Shown here: positions 13,925-26,677 of the stretch, piece by piece | How the letters are laid out: each line of letters opens with the position of its first letter | How positions within the stretch are numbered: position 1 is the stretch's first letter | Assembly (NCBI RefSeq): GCF_009914755.1 | Contig: NC_060935.1 | DNA from: the human T2T-CHM13v2.0 reference genome, Homo sapiens | Direction: 5' to 3' (one strand) | Length of the DNA: 64,000 nt | Made by a program: the position numbers and the translations under genes | The notes under the pieces: generated by a model | What the model saw: the letters and a program-made list of their open reading frames with translations, nothing else | Told to the model about the DNA's origin: nothing | Database searches by the model: none

Positions 13925-16076
13925 ACTCTTTAGTCCCTCCACAAATATTTCATCCTCTGCCCAACAGAAGTATTGCCGACCAAGCTTTTTCAGTGGTCAT
14001 ATTGATAAATATGATGCTGCTAATGTGACCCAAATTAATCAGAGCTTTCAGCAATGACTCATTTATCAGGACTCACAGATGCTTTCACACTTAGTGTTGA
14101 CTTTCAGACCAAAGCAAATTATCCATTTCACATGCTTCACCATTTTTATGTCCAGTTTGTCTAGTACTGCTTGGACATGTAAAATTATCTATTCTATGCT
14201 CAGTAGTACCTATATTGATTTATTCTCATATGCTTTTAGAATTACCTATTTCCATCTCTTTTCTATCTGCTAGAATCCTAAAGTTCATAGATTGACTCAT
14301 TTATCTGTATATCTTCAGAGTCAAGCATAGCCTCTTTTCAATAAATGTTTGTTAAATAAGTTTGAAGCTCTATCATTTTTTTTCAGTTTGTAGAAATCAC
14401 CATCCCTATGTTAGTATCATATTCTTTATGTGTGCTGAATTTGAATATACAAATTCAAAAGTACAAAAAGATGGGGATAGTTGCAAAAGTCCAATAATTA
14501 AATATTTATTGAATATAAAACTACCTACAGAGTATCACTCTGGTCATTCTAGGCAGAATGTCAAGATAGATGAAGAGTCCTTTCATTGGTTTGTAATCTG
14601 GTAGAGAACACTGACACATATGTAAACAAATAAACAAACCTCATATAATTTAGGTAATTATGAAGACTGATGATAAACAGCTGAATCAAACTTTAAGTGA
14701 GTTTTGTGGAAAAGTAGATTCATTCAGTCTAGTGGCTATTAAGACTTCCCAAATTTTATTCTTTTTAAAAAAGAGATAGCAAATGTGTAATCTATTTGAA
14801 CAATTACAATATACAAGATAGAATTATGGTATAGAAGTAACTTAAAATTGTAATTTTTTTTGTCATGTGGCTTCAGGAATAAATCAGATATCCCAACTCA
14901 GTTTGCTCTGAGAATGCACCTTCAAACTTTCAAAGTTGGAAAAAGTTTTACTTTGTGACTCTCCCTACTCATTGGGACTCATTGAGATTTTGCAGTAGAT
15001 AGAATGGAAAATGCTTTTCAGCACCAACTCTACTATTCAGTGCTTTGAACACCACAATAAATAGAAAGGACAAGAATTGAAAGTCTTTTTCCCTCTTAGC
15101 TTTTTCTAAGTGCTGAACTGAATAGGTGTCAACTTTCTGTTGTAGCGCTGGCAGTTCTTACTTTCAAAAGAACAATCAGAAGGAAACCCTTTCAGAAAAT
15201 TGATCCGCTAAAGTTTGAAATGCTTAAAAATAAACTGTCAGGTCTGTCTGTTTTCCCCTACGTAACCTGCCAACCTCACCTCTGGTTTTTTATTTTTCAA
15301 ACCCAAACAGCCAGGTATTCTATTTCAGAAGGCTTCTGTGCAGCTTCTTCTTTGTCAGGAGTATTGTAGATCCTGACCAAATATTTTATAAATTGTAGGA
15401 AGACCTGAATGGGGATAAAAGCCAACTAGTGCTCCCTGCTGCCCTGACACCTCCACCTGCAGAGTTCTAAAATTTAGGTAAGGGAAGAGTATTCCTTCTA
15501 AATTCAGTTTGACAATTTCAGTCCTTACTATTTAGGAAAAAAAAATATCAAGTATATGTAGAATTTTCTCTATTTCTTGTTCATCTAGTACCCCACATTT
15601 GAGCTTCTATTGTGGAATCTCAGCAGAAGTAGATTCAAATAGTTTTAGTTTTTTGTTTTCCTTTTCCTAGAACATGTTCTTCTCAAAGAATCTCTCTTCT
15701 ATAGAAAGGTCCACAATCTCCTATAAATGGCTATATGTGCCAGGAACTGCACTAGAAGCCACGTATTAAATTTAACATGTCAACAGTGATTATCCCCAAA
15801 AGTCCATTTTAATCTGCCCAGGAGGGATGATTGTGACTTTGCAACATTGCTCCTGATATTTATACACTCCTCAAAGCACCTATAGGGAAATCAAACACTT
15901 TATTACAGGTTTTAAATAGGAAACACATTTCTGAATGGATCCTTCAACTCTTTCATAGAAATGAGGCACACAAAAAAACTTAAAGTGTCAATAATTACTA
16001 ATGTTACAGAATGGCAGAAATTTATAATCCAGGGTTAACTTGGGGGCTAATATTTTGTCTGTTTTTAGTTAATTAA

Positions 16077-16289
16077 TTTTTAGATATGGAGTCTTGCTAT
16101 GTCTCACAGACTGGAATTCAGTGGCATGATATTAGCTTACTACAGCCTCAAACTCCTGGGCTCAAGTGATCCTCTTGCAGGGTCATGCTTTCTTGCCCAG
16201 GCTGGTCTCAAACTCTTGGCTTCAAGGGATCTTCTCGCCTCAGCCTCCCAAAATGCTGGGATTACAGGCAGAAGCCACCACTCCTGGCT
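16077..16289 (-). mobile_element. AluJ with internal deletion
   Basis: CAGCCTCAAACTCCTGGGCTCAAGTGATCCTC joined directly to AGGGTC...GCCCAGGCTGGTCTCAAACTC; linker region missing. Confidence 0.9.
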
Positions 16290-16889
16290 GTTTTTAATAT
16301 GTGGTTCTTTTCATAAAAGATGGTAAAAGCCATCTTTTCTATAATTTCAGATTGGGAAGGATGAGCAAGTCCAACTTGACAAATTCAGATTTCATGTATC
16401 ATCCTGAACTGGACAATGACCTTGCCTTGGGACTGGGTGGGAACAGTCCTTCTCCATCACAGTCCCAATGTTCTGCTGCAATAAAAGGCTAGCTAGTTGC
16501 ATCCCTAGACTGTATTGGAGCACATTCTCCATCCTCCTTGGTTACCTCCCCTGGTTATTTGTGCAGCTTCTTATCTCCTTCACTAAATTTCATATTTCCT
16601 AAATGATAGACCATGACTCACTCAATCATCTCTGTATCTCTGACACTGCCTAACCTTGATGTTTTCCCTTTGATAGCTGCTTAGTAAATGTTGGTTAAAT
16701 ATATGAAAGCCAAGAATGCTATGGATAGGAAAATCAACCCTGCAATTTTCTCTGACATCACTTCCCTCCTTCTATAAACAGAACTGACTTCCAAAAACCT
16801 AAATCTTCTGCCCAGTTTTTTGAGATTCTTGATATTTGACTCTTCTTTTTCTGCTAGACCCAAAGAATTACCAAATAACATTGACCCTA

Positions 16890-16995
16890 TCTTTCTTCTT
16901 CCTTTCCTTTCTCTTTCTCTTTCTTTCTCTTTCTCTCTTTCTTTCTTTCTCTCTCTCTTTTCTTTCTCTTTCTTTTTCTCTCTTTTTTTCTTCTC
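16890..16995. repeat. TC-rich polypyrimidine simple repeat
   Basis: About 100 nt of TTTC/TC units. Confidence 0.95.
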
Positions 16996-19879
16996 ACATT
17001 TTTTATATGACTGCCATAACACAGACCTGTATGGAGTTAGAGTCAGAAACTTACTTAAATCCTATATTTTGTTCTTGCATTTATAAAACAGAATCATTGT
17101 GAGAAAATGCTTTATTCTCTGCACCCCACCCCAACTACAAAAATAAAGGGGTGTGATCATTAAAACAAGGGATAACTGTGATTTTTTCATGGGATTTTAT
17201 GATTGGCTTCTGGACTATAGTAATCTTAAAGATAGTGTTTTGTCAACCTCTATTCAAAAACTCCTGTTAGCTGAAGTTTTCAAAGCTGTGGCCCAGCTGC
17301 CTTGTGGGTCTGAGGACATTTCCTCTTACTATGATTTATATTTTTTGATTGTGGGTATACCTTATATTGCTTTTTATCTGCAGAGATCCTTTAAAAGCTC
17401 AGATTGTAGGTTCTTCTCTGTTTCCAACAGAGATAATAACAACCAGGACCACTTTTTATAATAATTTCCTGGCTTGGGAGTTTCCCTAGAGCAAGCCCTG
17501 CGTTCACAGGGGAAGTTCTTTCTCTCTCTCTCTCTTGCTGGCTCACTTGATCACTTGCTTGCTCTTGCTGGTTAGATTTATTCCCATTCATCCCTTCAAG
17601 GATGTGTATGGCCCAGACCCACATTCTAAATGTATAGTCCAAGGCCTAATCTGCAGACCTCACACATTCTGGCTTTCTCTCTCTCCCATAGGGTGGTACA
17701 AAGGACAGTTTATATTTTCCCTCTCATATTTTATTGACTGTTTTTGCTTTTGTGAATGTTTTTACATGCTTATGAGTTAAGGCATACATTTAAACTGACA
17801 GTTACATTTTACACATTTGTTGCTTTTATTTTAGTTTAGTTTTCAGCATACAGATTTCTAGGTTGTAAATCGAATCTTTCAATAGCTTCTTAAGTTATGT
17901 GCTGACTCAGAGGAAATCAGGCATATTATAGTTCCTTATGATAGGATATCTGGCATATACCATGGTCAACATATTATCTGAAAGTATCATCTTAATCTCC
18001 TTTAAGACCTCCAGGATAAAATAAAAACTTGCAGGCCAGTCATGCATTACTCTCTATAAATCTTGTCCCATTATTTTTTTTTTCCAGAAAAACTGAAAGT
18101 CCACATTTTGAGGTAAAATCTAATGATTCACAATGTTGATAACTAATTTTAAAATTTTACAGGAAAAATACTCTGAAGGCTAGCACTGTAAAGGCCAAAG
18201 TAGACAATTTGCAGGCTCTGGTTTATAGTGCCTTCTGTTTCATGGAACTCTTCTTTATGCCTTTGTTATATGCCAAACTATACACTCACCAAATCTGCAC
18301 ACTTTCTGAAAGCCACTGTATTATAATTCTTGTGTTTGCCTCCTCACAAAACAGAGCCATGCACACAGACCCTCAGATGCCATTCACTGAATTGAAATAC
18401 GTTCTCACTGGTTTCTAATATTCACCGAGCCTGAATAAAGGGGGTCGTAGAGCATTTCCTGAAAAGGCAGCTGGATGGCAAACAAGGATAAAATTGAGTC
18501 TTTCATTTGTCTGAAGAAGAAAAATAATATAGAGTTTCTTACGGGAGTCCATGTTCATATTAGGCCAAAGTGATTGCAAGTATAAGCAAGGGAGAAAAGT
18601 CGAAGAATGAGTTAGAGATTTTAAGCCAGCTTATGGTCTTGGATTTTATGACAAAGATATGACTCTCTCTTAAGTAATCTTAAAAGGAAACTTGTCAACA
18701 GTGATCATTTGAGGACTACCATTTTTTTTGTATTAAAATACATGGGTGTATTACTATAGATGTGAGAAGATAAATTCCTGGAAACTTTTATTTATTTGAG
18801 AGTCCTGTCTTCCATAACAATTTATCACTGACAGCTAAAGGAGGGTTTTGTGAGGAAACACTGCTCTCAGCATCTATATATAGACGGTTGATAGAGAAAG
18901 AAAAGCCCCTGTAGCCTGCTAGCCTCAAGTTTATGCCTTTTCCTTAAGCAAACTTTGCCATACTATCTTTCCTAAAAAATAGATTTTAAAAACATCTATA
19001 GTTCCACAAGAGGCTAAATTAGATGACCGATATTTAAACTTTCATAAAGTAACTACAGTTCTCTGTTGTGAACCAAAGGGCACCCACACTTATCCAGAAG
19101 AAAAGGGAACGAGATTTGAGGTCTTTGATAATTGCCTAGTCAGTATTTTCTGCATAAATACAGATGAGAGTAGATACTGGTTACATGAGGCTAAGGCATT
19201 TGGGATTTAAGAAGCGAAACTCCAAGGTAGTTGCACTTCCCATGACCTCCTTCTCATTCTGGCCCACTGTTCTTTACCTTCCTGCCACAGGCTTAAATAT
19301 TACTGACGACACACAGTTTCTTCACAGATTCTTTGTACCTACTTCATTGATTGCAGAGCTCCAAAGAAATGAAAAGCAGTAGCCCCTTACATATATGTAA
19401 ATTCAGGCAAAATATGGATTATTACTTTTCAAACAATTAAGCTACAACAAAATACACTTGGCATTGTATATCTTCAGGGAATCACATTTCTTCATTACCA
19501 AATTAGGGATGTAGATTCTTTTGGTGGCAAAGAATCACCAAATAACACCACCAGAAGAAAATCCATTATTTAGTTACTTAGATATATTTGTTTTCACACT
19601 GCAATATGTATAAACTAGAATTTTAAGATATGATTTCCATGTATGCACATATGTATGTCTTAAATTTGTATTTTAGTTTATTTGGATCACTTTCATTTTT
19701 TTCTTTTTCCATTATTGTCCTTTATTTCTATAAAGGGTTAATACATGGTCAGAATCTAAAAACGATCAAACATTTGTTAATTCACTGTCTAATCTCATCT
19801 AATAGCCTGTACTTCCCAAACAACATATCTTCCATGTTCCCTTTAGTGACAGTCTCTGGATATTCTGTGTTCAGCAGTA

Positions 19880-20180
19880 TTTCAAGCCATTTTCATTGCT
19901 TAGCATGCTCTGCCTTTATTTTCTTTTAATTTCCTTCTGGCTTTTAAGACCCAGCTCAAATAGCACCTTGTCTCTGAAGCCTCCCATCATCACCCAAGCA
20001 AAAAACATCAATTTCTCTCCCATATTTTCACAGCACTCTACAAATCTAATTATTATAATAATAACCATACCATGTTTTAATTATGTATTTGAATATCTGC
20101 TCTTCCTTCCCCCAACAAGACTACTAGTTCTTTAAACACAGTGCTTGGCATGTATTCACTCAATAAATGTTTGTTAAAAG
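19880..20180 (+). mobile_element. L2 3' end
   Basis: TAAGACCCAGCTCAAAT...TCTGAAGCCTCCC...CACAGTGCTTGGCATGTA...CTCAATAAATGTTTGTT. Confidence 0.75.
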
Positions 20181-20939
20181 AGGATAGGAATTAATAACTG
20201 AATGAACCGATTAGAATAATAGAGAAAAAAGCAACTCTTCTTCCATTACTTTCAAGCATTTCTTTGTAATTTTATGAAAGAGTGGTTTTTTACAGAATAT
20301 GTACTATAATTTATAAAAATATAATACATTTTCAATGTTTAAAACCTAAAAGTAAGGGGATTAAAGAGGCAGGAAATTGATAGCTGGAAGGGAAAGTATA
20401 GGTTAAGGGAACGCAGTTTGTGCAGTTCAGGCAAGATGTAAGTATATTTAGCCTACTCTTTCAGGAACGTTAGCAGCAGGAAGACCCCTCTATTGCTGTG
20501 TTAGATAAGTTAAAGCACATATTAAGTATAAACAAAGATATACAGAAAAAACAACAGTTCACCTTGCGCTTTAACCTCCAAGAGCCATTTTTCATTGCCT
20601 GACAATAAAGGGAGAGATACCTTTCTGTAAATGGAACTTTAGAGTTTCTATGTAGAGAGCCTTGGTCAACAAAATTATGTCAAAAAAATAATTCAGGGTT
20701 CACCTAGATGCTCTCTGGCTGAAGCTTTGCACTGGAAACTTCATCAGTCATTAAAAAATAGAGCAACTTGTCATTACGTTCATCTGTACAGACACATTGG
20801 AAAATGGTACATTACCAACCCTGAGAGTTAATACACCTAGCGTGTTCTATACTAATAGCCCTCTTGAAATTTTCAACAAGTCAGAAATGTGATGGCAAAT
20901 ATATAAGAAAGCAATATGTGTGCATTTTATTTCTCCAAG

Positions 20940-21028
20940 TCTTCCTTCCTTCCTTCCTTCCTTCCTACCTTCCTTCCTTCCTTCCTTCCTTCCTTCCTTC
21001 CTTCTTTCCTTTCTCTTTCTTTCTCTCT
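20940..21028. repeat. (TTCC)n microsatellite grading into TC repeat
   Basis: About 15 TTCC units directly visible. Confidence 0.97.
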
Positions 21029-21169
21029 AATTTACTTATTTTCTATGCAATATTCCAGTTAACAATAAACAAAATGCTTTTGGCATACTCCCTGTTCTAA
21101 CAGAGATCACACATTGGTAGAGGAGATTATGGAAGACATGAATTCAAGGGTCATGATACTGATGATATT

Positions 21170-21800
21170 AATGATAATAGCAACACCAAGTTCAGTGAAT
21201 CTCTACCAGATACTATGCTAGGTACTTTATATTTTTACCACCTTCTATCTGTATTACTGTGGTCAAGTTATTTAACCTCTGAAAGACAGTTTCATCCTCT
21301 AGAATATAGAGCCACATTGGGATCAATTTTACATGGTTGTGATAAAATTTAGCACAGCACCTTATGCATAGATGCACCCTATGGATGTTGGATTTTATCA
21401 TTAATATCATTGCCATTGATTTTCAATTTTGCAGATGAAAAAATTTGAATTACAGAAAGCTTAATTAATGTGTTCATGGTCACCCAACCTACAGAAATAA
21501 ATAGTTGCAATGCATACTTGCTAAAATGGAGAAATAAGCCATAGTGATGGGCTAAGGAAGTGGCAAATATATACCACCAATCATCAGAATAGCAGAAATA
21601 GAACTAGCTTCACATTCTCTCCAAATAATCTAATTTAGTTTTCATACGCACAACTGGGGAGGATACTGTTAGCACCATTTTAAAGATGGAAAAAACAGAG
21701 ATTTTGAAAGTCAGAGGCTTGACTAACACTGCAGTAAGTGGCTGGGCTGCAATTGTTAGACTCACAAGCCCAAGCTCTTTCTCATATACTATGCAGCCTG
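21170..21800. mobile_element. Cluster of MIR fragments in both orientations
   Basis: GGTCAAGTTATTTAACCTCTG (21261), TTTTGCAGATGAAAAAA (21427), CCATTTTAAAGATGGAAAAAACAGAG (21675). Confidence 0.65.
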
Positions 21801-22739
21801 TGCCAGAAAATGGCAATAGTTTGAATTCACACCTAGCCTTGGCAGTACTTGGGTTCGTTACAGATAGATAGTATTGAAATAATAGATTTTACACAGCCTT
21901 CGCTGTAAGTTGGCTTCCAGCCTTAACGTAGTGTTCTTAAAGTTGATTTTTTGCTAAATGTTGCTTTATTATAGTAATGCTATGTGTAGATTTAGTTTTT
22001 CTAAAATGTCTTTTCCCCAGGGCCATATCAGCCAACAATAACAACAGCTATATTCAGCTGAGAGCACCAGATAACTGATGTTATTTTGTCACTGGCACCT
22101 TTATGAGCTTCATTTGCTGGGGAAGAGCTGAAGAAAAGAAAATTCCAAAACTTTTTTTTCATTTCTTTCTAAAATCATGGCACTGAAAGGCTAAAGTACT
22201 AGAAGTGATCTTGAAGCCAAATTCTGGGTGGAGAAACATAATTATTTTAATGCCTCCTATTGCTAAGTGAATCCAGCATGGTACGCAAGGGTTACAAGCA
22301 GTGAGTTCGGAGACTCTCTAGTTCCCTGAACGAATATATCAGAGCTGGGAAATGACCCGTTTCATTTTACCACCACCTGGTGCCTGGTACCCTAAATTTT
22401 TTATCCTGCCTTTAATGCTACCTAAATGAATATTTCCAATATTATAAACCTCAGGATACCTTTTTCAAAAAGATGAAACACATCATGGCCTGAAATCCTT
22501 ATTGCTTTTGCTTTTCCAAGTTAGAACTCTACCTGAATAACACAATGAACTTAAACACCCTATAGGACATAAAATGCTGTTGAGTAGTAGGCTGTTTAAT
22601 GCAATCTTTACAGGTATGTTGGGTGCTCTCACCTACTGAGATACGAAGAGGGAATATTATCTAAATCAAAATTTGACTTCCCAGATAGTATCATCTTTAC
22701 ACATTTCACAAAGGCCAGAGAATATATAAAACATAAGAT

Positions 22740-23580
22740 AACATTCAGCAAACATTTATTGAGCATCTACTACGTGCCAGACACTGTTCTAGTGATTGGA
22801 GCGAGCTCTGAACAAAATGGACCAACGCTCTATTCCCATAAGGCTTTTAATCTACCAGAATGAGTCAGGCAATAAACACGGAGAATCAGTGAAGTGAATA
22901 GTATGTCAAAGATTAGTAAATGCTATTGACTGGATCAAAGCGGGAAAGAAGGAAAGTGTGCATATGTAGGTTGGGGAATTGAGGTGTGTTTTTAAATGGA
23001 GTGGCCAGAAAAAAAATCACTGAAGAAAATAAAAATCGGAAATAAGTGAGGGAATCATGTAGCATTTCGGGGACTGTTGAGGATTGTGCTTTCCCAAAAA
23101 ATGTATGTTGGTATCCTGACACCCAGCAACTCTGCATGTGACTTTATTTAGAGAGAGTAACTTTACTGAGAAAATCAAGTTAAAGTGAAGCCTTTTAGGG
23201 AAGGCACTAATTCAATATGACTGATGTCCTTACAAAAAAGCAGAAATTAGAACACACAGACAGATCACACATAGAGGGAAGATGAGGAAAAATACAGGGA
23301 TAAGATGGCTATCAGTAAGCCAAGCAAATAAGCCTGGAAGAGATCCTTCCTGCACAGCTCCTAGAAGGAAACAACCATGGTGACACCTTGATTATTTCAA
23401 ACTTCTGGCCTCCAGAACTGCCAGACAAGAAATTTCTCTTATTTAAGCCAGCCAGTTTGTGATGCTGTGTTATGGCAGCCCTAGGAAGTGGTTACAGGCA
23501 CAAAAAGACAGTAAGTGGAAAGACCCATGCTTGACATGCTCTAGGAAGAACGAGGGGGCCATGATTGGCAGTGAAGAGAG
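22740..23580 (-). mobile_element. L2 3' end interrupted by an MLT1 LTR
   Basis: CATTCAGCAAACATTTATTGAGCATCTACTACGTGCCAGACACTGTTCTAG. Confidence 0.85.
23075..23496 (+). mobile_element. MLT1B-like MaLR solo LTR
   Basis: TG...CA termini; ATGTGACTTTATTT, CAATATGACTGATGTCCTTA, ACTTCTGGCCTCCAGAACTG, TTATGGCAGCCCTAG; TSD GGGAC/GGCAC. Confidence 0.9.
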
Positions 23581-23619
23581 TACGAATGGCAGCTTAATTT
23601 ATTATGATGCTTCATGGTT

Positions 23620-23850
23620 AACAAAATATTCATATTAAGTTTTCATTTGCATTTTACAACAACCCTATGTAATAAATAAGAAAAACGTGAGTAGGCTGCA
23701 TGAATGTGTTAGTGCATGTACTCCCTGTACCCACCTGCTTGCAAAGAGCTGAATCTCAGAGTTCAATTCTCTTCACAAAATCACAAAGCTAGCAATTGAC
23801 AGAAAAGATTTCTGGAACCAACTTCTGACTCCAAATCAAGTGTTCTCTTT
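23620..23850 (-). mobile_element. MIR SINE
   Basis: TTTACAACAACCCTATG...AAATCACAAAGCTAG...CTTCTGACTCCAAATC. Confidence 0.6.
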
Positions 23851-23984
23851 GAATTCCTATATTCTTTACTACCCTAGTTAAAGCATTAAGGTTCATATTA
23901 AAATCCAAATGTGTTACCTGATTTTCAAACTTGCATTAAAATATCTATGGCTAAATGGCTAAAACAGGAATTCAGAAGCTAAGA
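23847..23984 (+). repeat. Copy 1 of a 138-bp dispersed direct repeat
   Basis: Ungapped match to 25963-26100, 124/138 identical by manual count, including exact GTTAAAGCATTAAGGTTCATATTAAAATCCAAATGTGTTA. Confidence 0.97.
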
Positions 23985-25962
23985 AGTATATTGCATGTAC
24001 ATTGAGTGAACATCTATTTATTAAATTATGTTTGTCCTAATCAAAGAAGATTTCCTTCCTTTATAACCTATCATTAGACAAGATATGTAGCTTATGATAC
24101 AATCAGGCTAAGATACTGGTTAACTGGTTAACTGGGCCTGAAACAACACTCTGAGAACATCCTCACTATTCTCATGTCAACTGCAATGTCATCTTGACTA
24201 GATTTAAGACAACCAGGAGCGCAGACAGAGCGAACACTTACCTCTTCCCCTCCAATACACAGATACAGAGAATAGGTCCTATAGTAAATTTGTTGCATTA
24301 TATTCAGAAAGAAAGAGCGATGCCATTTAATCTGGAAGTTGAACTACAGAGCCTAAATCAGATGCTTACACAAAGTTTAGGAACAGATTGATGTTCAAGT
24401 ATAAATGTACAAAAAATAACTTAGCATTCTGGAAACAGAGTTAATCAATGATTAATCAACCATGTCTAAGAAATAAGAAAGCTGTATGCTCAATTCTGAG
24501 AGAATTATTGACAAGAATGCTTGTCAATGTATTTATATCATAATCTCTACTTTGTAATCAGTAGTGTAGGAAGTTTAATGACTATGGAGATGGCTTCAAC
24601 TAGTAAATTAAATACCATTGCTAAAGTAAATGTCAGAAGAAAAAAAGTGAAAATACATACAGTGAAAGGGGATTGGATAAAGCATTTAAATGGTGTTGAA
24701 TCTATTGCATTGTGCAATTGTAGGCTATAATTCATTAGGTGACACATGGATGCTAATAATATTGTAGCAAATCATATCAGAGCATAAACTCTCATTAATG
24801 TTGAAATATGTGTTATATGAAAATGTTAACTGACAAAATTAAACAGAGATGCTATTTTATAAAAACAGTGGAATGGCCATGTTTTATATCTAATATCATC
24901 TTCACCTCATGTCTCCCTAAGACACCTAGAACTGTAATTTAATAATAATGACATGCCTATAAAACTAATAGGTTACAGATATCAAGGGATCTGATGTGGA
25001 AATTATACAGTGAGAGGTCAACAAGCATATTCACTCTCAATTAGTTAATATGCATTATTAAATAATATTAATCAGTAATTTAATAATGATACTGAGGCAT
25101 ATGTTTAATGTGTATCCCTTGATTCCATGTCTGCCTCTCCCTTAAATGGTATCCTTTTCATTCCTTTGATTTGGAGGTTTACCAAGGTTTTACCTCAAAT
25201 GTGTCCTGCCCCAGAACATTTTATCATCTTTGTTGAGGATGCAGAGATCAACTCTGATGTAACTAAAGATCATATTTCTTTACTTTAACTTCAGTTTCTT
25301 AAAGATCTTTCCTAAGAAAAGAAAACAAAAAGCATATGCATTGCAAACATATTTTAACAGAGGACTCTTTAATGGCCTGACAGCCTCCAGACTAATTGAC
25401 AGTCTTATTTGCATATGTGGAAAAGCAGGAAGTGCAGAGAGACAGATGGATGAATATTAATTGATGTTCATAAACCTGAAAAATGCCTTTTGAATTCTTC
25501 AATCCAGCTTCTCAAACAGCAAGTGTTATTTATGGTATATTATGACCCAGTGGTGACACACAGAATGGTATTCAGGCAGAGGCTCATTGGTGTTGCCCTT
25601 CATTTATCAGCAGAAGGACCACCATGGGTTTATTCATAAACACAGGTCATAGCTGAGGGAACCTCTAAATTTTGGGTGGAAAAAAAAAAAATACCTAAGA
25701 GAAGCCTAACCTGCTCCTGATTGAAGTTGGGAAAAATTTGCTCAATGGATATCTGTTTACAAAGAGGTATATCACTCCCATGTTGTAGAGTATTGGTTGA
25801 TGGATTCCATCAATTATGTTTTTCTCAAGAAAGCAAGAAGAAATAAGCCTTCACTTCTGCCCTGGCTTCTGAATGGTCAGTCAACTCCCACGCAGGGGAA
25901 GATTAAAGAGATCCTAACACCTCTTCCCAGTCAGGTTTTCTTCCCCTTCAATCTATCTCAGC

Positions 25963-26100
25963 CTTTGAATCCCTATATTCATTTCTACCCTTGTTAAAGC
26001 ATTAAGGTTCATATTAAAATCCAAATGTGTTATCTGATTTTAGAACTTGCATTACAAGAGCTATGGTTAAATGGCTAAAACAAGAATTCAGAATTTAAGA
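25963..26100 (+). repeat. Copy 2 of the 138-bp dispersed direct repeat
   Basis: Constant offset of 2116 bp from copy 1. Confidence 0.97.
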
Positions 26101-26413
26101 GATATGCATACAAGATAAGATTCTGTCACAAACAATTTTGAATTTGAGTTAGATATTTCACTCCTAACATTTCATTTGCTCATTTGTTAAATGAGGTGGT
26201 TGCATGAGATCATTTCAAGGAATTTTTCCTGTTCCAATATTTCATGACTTTAAGTACTATTAAGCTCCTTTTATGTCTCTAAGGAGAATAGAAAAAGTCA
26301 TATTTAATGACCACCTGCTATATGCCAGACATTCTATCCCAGGAGTTTTACATGAGTTAATTGATTTAGGGTGATCCCTACCCGGGACTCCATTTTCCTA
26401 GATATCCACAAGG

Positions 26414-26455
26414 CTAATTCCCATTCCACTTTTCTGTCTTTTCTCACAGGTAAGT
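26414..26455 (+). other. Candidate recursive splice site (branchpoint, polypyrimidine tract, CAG|GTAAGT)
   Basis: CTAAT TCCCATTCCACTTTTCTGTCTTTTCTCA CAG|GTAAGT; motif only, no transcript evidence. Confidence 0.3.
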
Positions 26456-26677
26456 TTTCTCCCCTGTACTCCATATTTCTAATCTGCCTCCACCCCACTC
26501 CTTTTCCATATGGCTTCTCACATTGTAAATTACCATTTAATTAATTAATTTACTATTTTTTACTGTTCATTATCTCACTTCATCTGGTAGAATATAAGTT
26601 CCACAAATTGTACGTCTTGTATTGTTAACTGATCAACCCTCAGAGCTTTTGAGAGTATTCAACTCAGAGAAGAAGTT

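Noticed and set aside
23847-26100. Direct repeats read as LTRs of a small retroelement
   Set aside because: No TG...CA termini, TSD, primer-binding site, polypurine tract or internal coding remnant
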